A stretch of 64,000 nt of DNA from Tubulanus polymorphus (Eukaryota > Animalia > Nemertea): contig NC_134033.1 of NCBI RefSeq assembly GCF_964204645.1, forward strand, positions 1,074,131 to 1,138,130, in the 5' to 3' direction. Below, one piece after another: positions 1 to 12,760 of the stretch. Position 1 is the first letter of the stretch; each line of letters starts with the position of its first letter. The position numbers were made by a program, and so were the translations under genes. The notes under the pieces were generated by a model, which saw nothing but the letters and a program-made list of their open reading frames with translations, did not search any database and was not told the DNA's origin.

Positions 1-715
1 AGTGAAGCAAGGGTAAGAGGCTGAGAAAGTGAGAGGATAAAGAAGAGAAGAGAATGTAGAAGTGGCAGGGAGAGATGAGAGAGAAGTGAGATGGAGACAG
101 TAAGAGAAGAGAGATGATAGAGAAGTGAGAGGGAGACAGTAACAGAAGTGAGAGGGAGAGAGAGGTGAGAGGGAGAGAGAGAGAAGTGAGAGGGAAACTG
201 TAAGAGAAGAGAGATGAGAGAGAAGTGAGAGGGAGACAGTAACAGAAGTGAGAGGGAGGGAGAGAGAGAGAAGTGAGAGGGAGACTGTAAGAGAAGAGAG
301 ATGAGAGAGAAGTGAGAGGGAGAGAGAGGTGAGAGGGAGAGAAGTGAGAGGGAGACTGTAAGAGAAGTGAGGGACAGTAAGAGAAGAGAGAGGGAGATAG
401 TAAGAGAAGTGAGAAAGTGAGAGGAGGTAGTGAGAGCAGTAGTGAGAGGGAGAAAGAGAAGTGAGAGGGAGAGAGAGAGGGAAGTGAGAGGGAGACTGAA
501 AGAGAAGTGAGGGACAGTAAGAGAAGTGAGAGGGAGAGAGAAGTGAGAGGGAGACTGTAAGAGAAGTGAGAGGACAGGAGTGAGAGGGAGAGAGAAGTGA
601 GAGAGAGAAGTGAGAGGGAGACTAAGAGAAGTGAGAGGGACAGAGAAGTGAGAGGGAGAGAGAAGTGAGAGGAGGTACAGTGAGAGCAGTAGAGCGAGTA
701 GAGTAGTTTAAGAGA
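1..715. repeat. GA-rich degenerate tandem repeat (intronic)
   Basis: Repeated agagaagtgagagggag(ac)-type units. Confidence 0.9.
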
Positions 716-720
716 CTGAC

Positions 721-3700
721 CTTGTTGAGTTTGAGTAGCACGCACGGTTCAGCCTTGTTATAACCGAAGTCTTGTTTATTGATGCAGGGATCGAGATCCT
801 TCAGTTCGAACGTACAAACTTTCTGCGGGTCGTCGCTCGATCGTTTACCGTTTTCACACGTGATCACGTTCTCACCCTGAATATTATCCTGGTCGTATTC
901 TACATATAATCAAATACAAGAGAAATTTTATCAGATATTTTCACCATTTTTATCAAAACTTAACAATATTCAAGGGTTTCATCGGGTCTTTTTTCACATT
1001 TAATGAGCTTTATAAATCACACCCAGTTCCACAGTTCTGTAACCAGTTTTTTTAGTTACTGGACCTAATTCCATAGTTGTGGACCCAGTTCCAGTTACAG
1101 TAGACTCAGTTCCACAGTTACTGGACCCAGTTACACAGTTACTGGACTCAGTTCCACAGTTACTGGATCCAGTTCCAGTTACTGGACTCACTTCCACAGT
1201 TACTGGACCAAGTTCCACAGTTACTGGACCCAGTTCCACAGTAAGTGGATCCAGTTCCACAGTTACTGAACCCAGTGTCACAGTTACTGGAATCAGTTCC
1301 ACAGTAACTGGAATCAGTTCCACAGTAACTGGATCCAGTTCCATAGTTACTGGACCAAGTGCCACAGTTACTAGACTCAGTTCCACAGTTACTGGACCAA
1401 GTGCCACAGTTACTAGAGACAGTTCCACAGTTCTGGGCTCAGTTCCACATTACTAGACTCAGTTCCACAGTTACTGGACCAAGTGCCACAGTTACTAGAG
1501 ACAGTTCCACAGTTCTGGGCTCAGTTCCACATTACTAGACTTGGTTCCACAGTTCTTAACCTGGTTTTAAAATTTGACCAGTTAAATCATTTGAAAGAGA
1601 ACTATATCAAAATCAAAACTGCGGAACTGGTTCCAGGTTTTCGAAGTCGAGGATAACGCCCTTAAAGATGGCCGCCTCCGTATAACTCCCCCTATGACAT
1701 CATCAGAACTAACTTACGTCGGAGGAATGCTTGTAAGTAATCGGTGTAGACTTTGTAGCTGCCTTTCTTGCCGGATTCGAATCGGATCAGCGTGTTCTCG
1801 TAGTTCGGCATCGGTTGAAATCCTAGACCTGTCGCAACGGGAAAAAAACACGCGTTTCAGAACGCCGAAGACGTTTATCATCCGGAGGAAAACGATAACA
1901 TGGTTCCTACAGAACCATTGATATGAAATCTGAGGGGTATTTGAGGGGCTTTTGATGGTATGATCACTAAATTTGAGGGTCATTTTTCAAGATACAAAAA
2001 ACAGCAGAATACAATTCATGATGTAGGGGCCTACATTGAGAGAATGTTTGAAGAAAGGTCCTTCAGAAATAGGTGATACAAAATTCTCTGAGACACACAA
2101 ATTTCAGAATTTGAGGGGATTTTGAGGGGCCAAGGGCTAAAACTCAGAATTTGAGGGATTTTGTACCCTCAAAAATGGATTTTGGAATTTGAGGGGTTTT
2201 GAGGGATTTGAGGGGTTGTAGGAACCATGGATAAGCGGTTTCTACGTACCCGGATTGTCTTTAAGTAAACTGTCCATTCCGTAGTAGGTCGGGTGATTGT
2301 CGTCGACCGTCGCGAAGAATATGACGATCATCACGGCGAAGAACGCGGCCAAACCGGCATAGAACACGAAATAGAACGCGCCCAACATTCCTGGAAATAT
2401 ATCAAACAAGAAACGTTCCTAGAAATATGTGAAACAAGAAACATTTCCAGGAATTACAAGAAAGAATCCTAGAAAATTTCTATTAGTATATTATGGCCCA
2501 GAGTATATTTCAAATGTACAAAACAAGAAACATTCCTCAGAGATAAGAAACATTCCTAGAAATATGTAAAACAAGAAACATTCCTAGAAAATTTCTAGGA
2601 ATGTATTATGGTCCTGAGTATATTTCAAATATACAAAACAAGAAACATTCCAAGAAATATATGAAACAAGAAACATTCCTATAGAAATGGATAAAACAAG
2701 AAACATCCCTAGAATGATAGACTTCTTAGACTAACTACTCACTAACCAAGAGACCATTAAGAGATTCGCTGTCATAACCAAAGAGATTTATCGTCCCAAC
2801 CCAAAGAGACTTGCAGTTCCACTTCCAACCCAAGGAGACCTGCTGACCTTACTCTAGGAGACTTTCTGACCTAACTCTAGGAGACTTTCTGACTTAACTC
2901 TAGGAGACTTTCTGACCTAACTCAAGGAGACTTTCTGACCTAACTCTAGGAGACTTGCAGTCCCTACCCTAAGAAATTGGCTGACCTAACCCTAAAACTC
3001 CTCTAAGACTCACCATATTTATGACGACACTCTGGTGTACATTTTTTCTCCTTAGCGCTGCCAGATGACAATTTATCATTTTTATCGACTAAATGTTTTC
3101 TCTCGAGTTTCGTTTCGGACAAAAAGAAATTACGCAATTCGTTGAACAAACCCATCACTGCCGCATCAACTGGTCGACTCTACCAAAAACTGGTTGACGA
3201 TACCCTAAACCGGTCAACTCTATCGAAACTGGTCGATTATACCAAAACTGGTCAATGCTTCCAAAACCAGTCAACACTTTTCATCAAAACTTTCACAACT
3301 AAAACTGGTCAACACAACCAAAACTTCCACAATCAAAACTGGTCAATGCTTCCAAAACCAGTCAACACTTTTCATCAAAACTTCCACAAAGTTAAAATCA
3401 GCTTAAATCCGAGCATTTAACTACATTCCCTTCTAAACCGCGGTCGGCAAATTATTCCAATGACTCCGCGCAATATACCGAGTAGAGTGTGGGCGCAGTT
3501 TGCACGTGAATAACACTAGAAACTCGAGCATACATTAAAATAAATTTAACCCAATACGAATTAGGAGTCGTTTTCTTCCCATGGAGTTTAACCCGCAGCA
3601 AGAGGTAACTTCCAGAAACGGTCGCGTCGAACGAACACAGATCCGACACTGACGCTTCTTTCACGGAGCAGCGGCGACATTGAATCGACGAGGGAGACAA

Positions 3701-5639
3701 GAAACTTAACTATTCAACGCGGAAATAAATTTATTTTTTTTTTTTAAACCAATCTTCCCCTGAAAAGCGTTCGATATTGACACAAAACGCGACAGATGCC
3801 GCCGCGCGCTTAAATAACTCAATAAATATTTACTCGATTGCATTTTCGTGAATTTATGAATTTTTCCGCCGCCGAGAACGAGCACGACACGCGCGCGCGT
3901 ATATGAAATAGTCGTACGCGAAATTACCTAATCATCGATGCAAATTTATGCGGTTTTTCGCGCGCATAAAATTAGCATCGCGTCGAAACAATCAAACATA
4001 AAAAACGTAAATTGTCACCGGATATGAATTCGCAGAATGTGCAGACGACGTAAACATTCAATTGCGGCAATTTCGAAAAACCTGTCGCCCGAATATCATT
4101 TCTCGAACCCGAGTTTTTGAGTGTCTTCGCGACGAGATAATAAATGGTCGAAAAAGGCTTTTTAAAAGTACATGTAACCCTATGACGGGACATTAAAAAC
4201 AAAAAATCACAAATAAGTCAAAATCAAGACTTTTGGAAGAAAAAAAAAAATTTATTTTAAGGAGAACCCAGGCAAAAATGGCATAAATCAAATTTTGTTT
4301 CATCTTTTCAAGCTAAATTTTTTTTTCATGGATGATTTTTCAATTTTCCCAAATAGAAATGAACAGATCACAATCATGCTACAATAAAGTGGGTGACATT
4401 TCTAGGTGTTTCGATGATTTTCAAGAAAGATCGCGGAAAAATTGAATCTACCGAATATTTCGCGGATTAGTGGAGAATTTTTCTACAAGTTCTTATTGAA
4501 GTTTATCCGACCCGCGAACCATGTTATAAACACAAGCTCTACCTAAACATGAAGACAGCAAGTGAAATTTTTTTCTTAAGACTTGAAACAGTCAAAAAGC
4601 TAGAAACCTTTCCAACTGAACACTTCCTTGAGCGAGAAAGAGAACAAGTGGCAACTTGAGTTCTCTCTCTCTCCCTCAAGGGGTGATGGCCCAGATTTTT
4701 AACGCCAGTTTTACTGACAGTTCATTCAGACTTGTATATTTACATTGCTTAACATGTATGTACCCGGTGCATTTCCCAAGGTGGACTCGGCTTTTCCCCA
4801 GACTATTCCCTGACAGATAAGTTGTTTTCCCTGACTTGATCTGCTAAGAATCCGATCAATTAACATTAGTCAAATACGTAAAACATAGACAGAAACTGTT
4901 TGATTTTATGCGATCTCATCATAATTTCCCTGACTTTCAGCTTTTTCTACAAAGTTCTCTTTTCGATCTCAACATATTTCTCCCGCTTTTCCTGATTCCA
5001 AGTTCAAACTCAATGTTGAATGAGTACAAAACCAACTCACTACCTAACATTCAATCAAGAGCCAGGGCAATTAATTGAGAGCAGAGTTCAACTCCCCGCT
5101 GAGGAGGGTGGAACGTAGCAGGGCAGTGTCAAAATAAATCATTTCGACTGCAATTCGGTCTCCCAATCATGGAGCCACCCCTAGCTTAACTCCAGTCCAA
5201 TACAATGTGGAATTCTCTACTGGAAATATACCACCACCAATTAAAATCTCTATATTAAGATCCGACTAATATTGATTTTAAACCCAGTAGGCCTAAAAAC
5301 TAAGTACTTTTTACATCTTTAAATCATTTTCAGTTGCTTAATCCATCCAACCGCCCTTGAATTTAATTACGAAAGCCAAAAAGCGGCGAATATCCGTAGA
5401 AAACATTTCGACAAGTCAAAACTCGTGGATCGGTAATTTTCCCGTCGACTCGGCCCAAGGTCAATTTTCGGACGTCGATTTCTCGGTTAAAACACGGTTT
5501 AAATCTTACCCCAGTTTTTGCAGGTACGGCCGCAGTAGGTGCCATCAGTAGGGTTGTGTAGGTATTCCATACAGGCCCCTAATCGGCCCCCGCTCGATGA
5601 TTTTGCGGGCTCGCTGTACTCGATTTCTTCGGAAGCCAT
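721..5639 (-). CDS. Na+/K+-ATPase beta subunit (ATP1B/nervana family), 5' part; 3' exons lie beyond window start
   Basis: Exons 5639-5510, 2390-2250, 1828-1718, 899-721 have GT-AG ends and consistent phases. They give MASEEIEYSEP...GTYCGRTCKNWGMLGAFYFVFYAGLAAFFAVMIVIFF (type II TM)...NPGLGFQPMP...CTFELKDLDPCINKQDFGYNKAEPCVLLKLNK, with the family motifs GRT..W, PGLGFxP and FGY..xxPCxLxKLNK. Confidence 0.93.
1020..1560. repeat. ~21-bp minisatellite (CAGTTCCACAGTTACTGGA core)
   Basis: Tandem ccagttccacagttactggac units; explains ORFs 1000..1428 and 1079..1456. Confidence 0.9.
2395..2990. repeat. Two adjacent intronic minisatellites (~29 bp and ~23 bp)
   Basis: aaacaagaaacattcctagaaatat units (2395-2715) and ctaactctaggagactttctgac units (2830-2990). 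Confidence 0.8.
3014..3155 (-). CDS. Candidate alternative first coding exon of the Na+/K+-ATPase beta gene
   Basis: ATG at 3155, 47 open codons (MGLFNELRNFFLSETKLERKHLVDKNDKLSSGSAKEKKCTPECRHKY), then a G|GTGAGT donor in phase 1, in frame with exon 2390-2250. Confidence 0.6.
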
Positions 5640-6716
5640 TTTTTCGCTGGTGCGTGAGGACGAAAGTACCCGGATGTAGGCGGTGTTGACAACCAGGTGG
5701 CGACACTAAACGGTGTAGCGAAATTAACGTAAACGGGCGCGGCTCGGGGTTAGGATTAAGGACGCGGAACACGGGCACGGACTTAGTACCGGGCGGACGA
5801 AATGCACTGCAATACACGTTCTTTTCTCGCGTACGCAGAAACTATCGTGATTAAACGAAAGTTAAAATTGAATGAACCAATTCAGCCAACCATATAGTCG
5901 AGGGACAGATCCAGGAATTTAGGGGGAGGGGGAGGGTGGGATATCTTGGGCCCACTCAGAAAAAAAATTTTCATTTAGTCTGTAAATAATCTTGCCAAAA
6001 AATAGCAGGCCCCTAAATTCACCCCTGGGACCGGTTTCACGAAAACGTTTTAACTTAAATCAGTTAAGTTTGAATTGTTGTCCTCATTGAAAACATGAAG
6101 TAACCAATGGCAATTACACCAAAAATTTGAGTTTAACTTTTTTTGTGAAACTTGGCTCTGTTGTCTAATTATCAGAGGCCCTAATTCTAAGTTTCAAAAT
6201 AAGGCTTTGCTCCACCATCTTGACTTGCACAGGCTTAGCAGTTACGGAAATTCAGAAAAGTTTGCATGCGTAAAATCCAGAAGGGGTTCCCGTAAACGAA
6301 AAGTCCTAAAACTAATAAACTCCTTTCCAACAGCAATAAAAAGAAACCTTGGCGAAAATTTATTTAATGACATTATTCATTTTATTCCATATTTATTCAT
6401 TTATACATTTAATATTTATCGTTTTATTTTATGGCATTTACAATATTCTCGTCTAATACCTGGAGAATCATTACATTCATCGTATCAAATTCAAAGCAAA
6501 TTCATATAACAAAAACTTTACATTTTATTTTTTTCATTTAAATCGTATAATATTTATTTTTCATTCATGCTAAATACAAACGTTATCGATTTATTTATTT
6601 ATTCATCAACACATTTAAATATCGGATAAAAAATAATAATAGAATTAGCAGAAAAACTTATCGACATAGAAAACTTTAGAACTGGTTCATCGACATCGGA
6701 GATGAACTAATCTTAA

Positions 6717-6950
6717 CCCTTTCAGTGTGTCTACACCGAAGTGCAGTGTATAAAGCAGTGATAGATTTTGCTAGTACACCGCACTGCTGTGTATTGATCT
6801 AATTAGTAATTTGTTTTTATCTCTATCGAAAGATGGCAGCACCTGTCAAAGATAACGAAATATTAGTAACTAACGATACACCGCGCCGCGGTGTAGACGC
6901 ACTAGAGTGGTATTCCCGTTATTCAACACACCAGGGTGGAATTTTTAAAA
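6717..6950. mobile_element. piggyBac-like MITE, truncated copy
   Basis: TTAA|CCCTTTCAGTG terminus; body is the reverse complement of the copies at 20809 and 39845. Confidence 0.75.
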
Positions 6951-7601
6951 ATACAACAAAATGGGGGAATTGTTCTTAATCAACATAGCTTCTTGTGCAT
7001 AAATTCTGAACACTGGGATCAAAATAATTTGACCGACATTTTCATGATTTACGCATTTTTTCAATTTCACCCCAACTATTTTTTATCGTAGTGAGCGTAG
7101 GGTAGGTTTACCCTCCTTAAAAACTCAGCCACAGTCCGGCAGTTATGAATAAAGATTTGACTGTTTAGAGTTAAATTCAACGAAGAACCACAGAACCGGG
7201 CAGAAGAACCAACAAACACGAATCAGCAGGAAGAAACGAATCTAAAATGGCGATTTTTGACTTTGAGTAAAGATTACGCGAACCGCGAAGAAAGGAATGG
7301 AAGACATTTATACTCACTTACCAGGGCTAGCGGGAGGGAGAACGTTCTTTCATATCAGAACTAAAGTCGTTTAGAAAACGAAACAATTTTCAAAGCAGCA
7401 ATTCGCGAAAAAAAAAACAGTGAAATCTTGATTCGCGAGAGAGAGCACCAACATTCTTCATACATTAGACATTTAAACTAGAAAAAAAATCCCTTTAGAC
7501 TTCGAGAGCTTCGACCCCCCATCATCAAAACATACCCTCCCTACAACCTCCCCACCATCCCCCCATCAATTCCTGCCGTATTATTTTTCACGGAATATTT
7601 T

Positions 7602-7990
7602 GACAGGATCCAGTTCCGACAGTACCACCGATGCGGGTTAAGAATTGACGCAGAGTTAACTCATCGAAAATGAATGTAATTCAATTCAGAGTTAATTCTA
7701 ACTCACAAATGTGGAACTGTCTCAAGTAGCTGTGGAACTGAGTCCAGAACTGTGGAACTGAGTCCAGAAATGTGGAACTGAGTCCAGTAACAGTGGGTCT
7801 GGATTCAGAACTGTCGAACTGGATCCAGAACCGTGGAACTGGATCCAGAACCGTGGAACTGGATCCAGAACCGTGGAACTGGATCCAGAACCGTGGAACT
7901 GGATCCAGAACCGTGGAACTGGATCCAGAACCGTGGAACTGGATCCAGAACCGTGGAACTGGATCCAGAACTGTGGAACTGGATCCTGTC
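7602..7990. mobile_element. MITE with right terminus amplified into a 20-bp tandem array
   Basis: gacaggatccagttcc ... ggaactggatcctgtc inverted ends, with internal (ccgtggaactggatccagaa)n. Confidence 0.7.
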
Positions 7991-9356
7991 GCTTTAGAAA
8001 ACATTAAGTTACAAAATTCCATACATCATCGAAACAAAGCGTTTTCAAAACAAAAACTGACTAATTTCCGAGCTCCAAATTTTCTCCTCTTTACATTTAG
8101 AAATGGAATGAAAAATCTTTTTTTTGAAAGATTTTTCCGGAGACTCGGTCCGATATTTTATTTTACGGAGTTTCTTTTTAAGTACGCCTGCGGTAACCAT
8201 TATTGGAAACTAAAATGGCCGAAATATCGAAAGTTCACCGCGTACAAACGAGACCCTGTTTATTCTTGCACTCATCATAATTATTATTATCATAATAATA
8301 ATAATTATTATTATTTTACATACACACATTTCCTATACGTGTAATACGTATTTCGTTAATCAATATCTTATTGATTATTCAATTAATAATAAACATTTTA
8401 ATTATAAAAATGATATGGAATAGTATCGGATATTATCATTATCATTATCTTTATCATCAATATTATCGACTTTATCATAAGTTATACATGTATGTATATA
8501 TATCTAGATATATATATTTTATTGATTTAGGGGGCGGGGCAAGAGAACAATGACGACGTGTCGCGACATCGTCACGAGACGTCTTCGTTATTCTCTCTGA
8601 ACTGTACAACAATGATATATAAAGTAATTTATATTAATAACGCCATGGTAACAGGCTCCTCCCACTCTGGATCTGACGACGACATCTGTCGATCAAAACT
8701 TCACGGGCGTAGAAGTAATAAAAATATCAAACTGAAAAAAAGAAATTAAGATGATTTTTTTTTTTCAAATGAACTTGTTTGTTGTCATAGCATTAACGGC
8801 GATAAAACAAATAAACTGTCAGGAAGGGTCCCAAATTTTAACGAATTCATTTCATGATTTTTTTTCAAAATATATCAATCCTCCCAAACGTGGGGGATAT
8901 ATCAAAATATATCAATCCTCCCTCCCCGATATGCAAGGCAAAAACAATGATACCATGTTTCTCCCGATCGGACGGGTGACTTTTATGAATCGCAATAAAA
9001 TTTGTAATGAGTTTATTTATATAGCTGCCGGGTCTGTTATTGTTAGTTTGATCATGAAGTCATGTATGGGGTAGAGATAGGCGGCCGGTTAGCCGGGTCA
9101 ACTTCAAAACTCAGCAGAAATGAGAAGCAAGTTATAGAAATTTTTAGCGAAATATTCAAAAAAAAAATTGCGTTTAATGCGGAATCAATTTCAAAACGCA
9201 GTTTTTCAACGTGGGGCAAGCGAAAAAAGAGTAATGTACAGGGTAGATATAGGCGTGGCGGCCGGGTCAACCGAGATACAAGGCATCAATCTTTTTATCC
9301 TCATGCTTGATTATGAGCCAAGCGGCGAGAGAGGAAAGTACTGCGATAGATAGCAG

Positions 9357-9395
<39 letters not shown>

Positions 9396-9858
9396 TAACA
9401 TACGGCTCATCCTGCTGCGGTGATAAGAATACAGAAATCTAGTTGTGAAACATGTAAATATGTGTTCAATTGAGTTGTTGATGAATCATCATTATTTTCA
9501 GTGGTAAAGTGAATGACTTTTTATATTTGAATCTGTACACAGCAGGGTATCAAACTGACTCGGGGGATGCGTCTGCTCCGCGAACACAGTTCAAACTGTC
9601 TGCTCGGGATTTTTTGGAAATGAAATTGAGTCGAGCAGCGTCGATAAAAAGAAATGTAATTTGAGAAACTGAGGAGGAAAGTGTGGAGAGGCAAAGAATG
9701 AGATAGAGAATCAGTTAGCGGGGGTAAGATAGGGGGAGAGGGGAGGAGAGAGAGAGAGAGGGAGGGAGGGAGGGAGGGACAGACGGAGCAGACGGGACAG
9801 ACGGAACAGACGGAGGCGACTATTATCAGTTCATTATCACAAAGAGAGAAATCAGTGA

Positions 9859-9971
<113 letters not shown>

Positions 9972-10166
9972 AGCTGATGCTGCTGGTGTTGAGTGGCCCG
10001 GGGGTAATCAGTACTCTAGAGACTCATCGTCATACACACTGTGAGTGTACGAGCCGTTCTATACCTGTAACTGTCATCATCAATCTCATCACCACAATTT
10101 ACTAAACTAGAAATACATCAACTATCAGAGAGAGATAGTCCGTTATAGCAGGAACCGAAACGATGC

Positions 10167-10820
10167 AGTCCTCAGATAAACTCAGAGACCCTCGTGAGCA
10201 AAACAATGGAGCAGTAACAGGGTCCTCAGATAAAATCAGAGACCCTCATGACCAAAACAATGCACCAGTAACAGGGTCCTCAGATAAAATCAGAGACCCT
10301 CATGACCAAAACAATGCACCAGTAACAGGGTCCTCAGATAAAATCAGAGACCCTCATGACCAAAACAATGCACCAGTAACAGGGTCCTCAGATAAAATCA
10401 GAGACCCTCATGACCAAAACAATGCAGCAGTAACAGGGTCCTCCGATAAAATCAAAGACCCTCATGACCAAAACAATGCAGCAGTAACAGGGTCCTCAGA
10501 TAAAATCAGAGACCCTCATGACCAAAACAATGGAGCATTAACAGGGTCCTCCGATAAAATCAAAGACCCTCATGACCAAAACAATGCACCAGTAACAGGG
10601 TCCTCAGATAAAATCAGAGACCCTCATGACCAAAACAATGGAGCATTAACAGGGTCCTCAGATAAAATCAGACACCCTCATGACCAAAACAATGCACCAG
10701 TAACAGGGTCCTCAGATAAAATCAGACACCCTCATGACCAAAACAATGGAGCATTAACAGGGTCCTCAGATAAAATCAGAGACCCTCATGACCAAAACAC
10801 AGGAGCAGTTAACACAGGGT
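10167..10820. repeat. 57-bp minisatellite (~11 units)
   Basis: agtaacagggtcctcagataaaatcagagaccctcatgaccaaaacaatgcacc-type units; source of the 229-aa repeat ORF. Confidence 0.9.
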
Positions 10821-11097
10821 GTGTTGGTAATTTCAGGGAGCCAGATGGATGATATAGTGACAGGAATATGAAATACAGTACACTACCCGTTACTCTCGTA
10901 TATAGATACACGTGTTATAGTGTGTCAGTATAGTTCGATTAAAAAGTCCAATTTTCGAGGAATGACTAAAATGAGGACACGGTGAGGGTCACATACCGCC
11001 GGGTACACTAATATATTACACAGATAATAGATACGTCTGTCTACTGATAGTTATCAACCGGATACTAAACACATACATACAGTAACATATATAGCTG

Positions 11098-11472
11098 CTG
11101 ATGTCATAGGGGGATTTAATGAGCCGGCCATCTTTACCGAGAAGGATTCGGGACAACTCGATGATGTCATAGGGGGATTGAATGAGGCGGCCATCTTAAC
11201 CGAGAAGGAATCGGGACAATTTGATGATGTCATAGGGGGATTGAATGAGCCGGCCATCTTTACCGAGAAGGATTCGGGACAACTCGATGATGTCATAGGG
11301 GGATTTAATGAGCTGGCCATCTTTACCAAGAATGATTCGGAACAATTTGATGATGTCATAGGGGGATTGAATGAGGTGGCCATCTTTACCAAGAAGGATT
11401 AGGGACAACTTGATGATGTCATAGGGGGATTGAATGAGGCGGCCATCTTAACCACGAAGGAATCGGGACAAT
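11098..11472. repeat. 63-bp minisatellite (~6 units)
   Basis: tgatgatgtcatagggggatt..ggccatctt units; the same motif is dispersed at ~1665-1705 and ~58117-58395. Confidence 0.9.
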
Positions 11473-11749
11473 AACAAATTCGGGGAAATTTCACATTTTA
11501 GGACTAGTTTATAGTAAAACTTAAGACAAAATATCTAGTTTGGTCAATTGTACAACTTAGACTAGTTGTCCATTTCTAAAAATTGAAGGAATTTTAAAGG
11601 ATTTACTGACATTTTGCTCAAATAAAAGGAGTTCAAGCACCTTTAAAGGCATTTTTCGTTTAGAAGTTTCTAAGGAATCAAGGAGTCGCAGGGGGACCCT
11701 GATGTGTACAGTGCTGCCACCGACGACGCGGTGGCGTAAATACGTACCG

Positions 11750-12289
11750 TTATAACAGCGTACAGCAGCCATGTTTATGACGATTCGGCGAGCAGTTCAT
11801 CTCGCGTACGATCTCGATGAACACCTCGTTGACGTTCTGCGTGCTCTTCGCCGACGCCTCGATGAACGGGCAGCCCCACAGGTGCGCCAACGCGGCGCCG
11901 TCGTCGGTGGCGACCTCGCGGTGGTAGTCGAGGTCGGACTTGTTGCCGACGAGAACGATCGGCACGCGTTCGATGCCCTTCACGCGGATAATCTGCTCCT
12001 TCATCGTTCGTATGTCCTGAAACGTCTGCAGATTCGTGATGCTGTACACGATGACGAAGCCCTGTCCGTTTTTGATGTAGAGGTCGCGCATCGACGCGAA
12101 CTGCTCCGTGCCGGCCGTGTCGAGTATCTCGAGGACGCTCGGCGCGTTGTCGACCTCGATCTCCTTGCGATAGAAATCCTCGATCGTCGGGTCGTACTTC
12201 TCGACGAACGTGCCCGAGACGAACTTCACCGTCAACGCGCTCTTACCGACGCCGCCGCTGCCCAGTATAACGACCTTGAACTCTCTCAT
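11750..12289 (-). CDS. RAP2: Ras-related protein Rap-2 (179 aa, single coding exon)
   Basis: GSGGVGKS P-loop, YDPTIEDFY effector loop (Rap2-type F39), DTAGTEQ (Rap T61), NKSD, EASAK and C-terminal CCTLL CAAX. Confidence 0.97.
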   Translation of the reverse strand: MREFKVVILGSGGVGKSALTVKFVSGTFVEKYDPTIEDFYRKEIEVDNAPSVLEILDTAGTEQFASMRDLYIKNGQGFVIVYSITNLQTFQDIRTMKEQIIRVKGIERVPIVLVGNKSDLDYHREVATDDGAALAHLWGCPFIEASAKSTQNVNEVFIEIVREMNCSPNRHKHGCCTLL

Positions 12290-12424
12290 CGCGGCGTCTG
12301 CTCCGACGATGCGGTCCTAGTTGTTGTTTTTTTTTTCCGGTTACGCTGCGTTCAAATATCGTTCTCGGCGTCGACTCCTCGACGACCGCTGGACATATCG
12401 TTCTGAAACGGAGCAGACGCACGA

Positions 12425-12760
12425 ATTAAATACGCAATAATTCCTCCCCCGCCTCCCATAGCAGACGGCTTTCAAAATGAACTAAATTGAAATAATTCTC
12501 ACCCTCCCCCTCGCATAGCAGATGGTTTTCAAAATGAAATTAATTGAAATAATTCTCACCCTCCCCCTCTCATAGCAGACGGGATTCAAAATGAAATTAA
12601 TTGAAATAATTCTCACCCTCCCCCTCCCATAGCAGACGGCATTCAAAATGAAATTGAAATAATTCTCACCCTCCCCCCACCCGTAGCAGACGGCTTTCAA
12701 AATGAAATAAATTGAAATAATTCCCCCCTCCCCAATAGCAGACAACAGGTTTTAAAATGA
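12425..12760. repeat. ~60-bp minisatellite in the probable 5'UTR intron of Rap2
   Basis: aattctcaccctccccctcccatagcagacggctttcaaaatgaa units; candidate acceptor TTTCAG at ~12403. Confidence 0.8.

Noticed and set aside
1000-1456. 142-aa and 125-aa repetitive ORFs
   Set aside because: Translations of a 21-bp intronic minisatellite.
10163-10852. 229-aa ORF with 19-aa repeats
   Set aside because: Entirely a 57-bp tandem array; open only because the period is a multiple of 3. No signal or domain.
11771-12406. 211-aa plus-strand ORF
   Set aside because: Antisense shadow of the GC3-rich Rap2 CDS.
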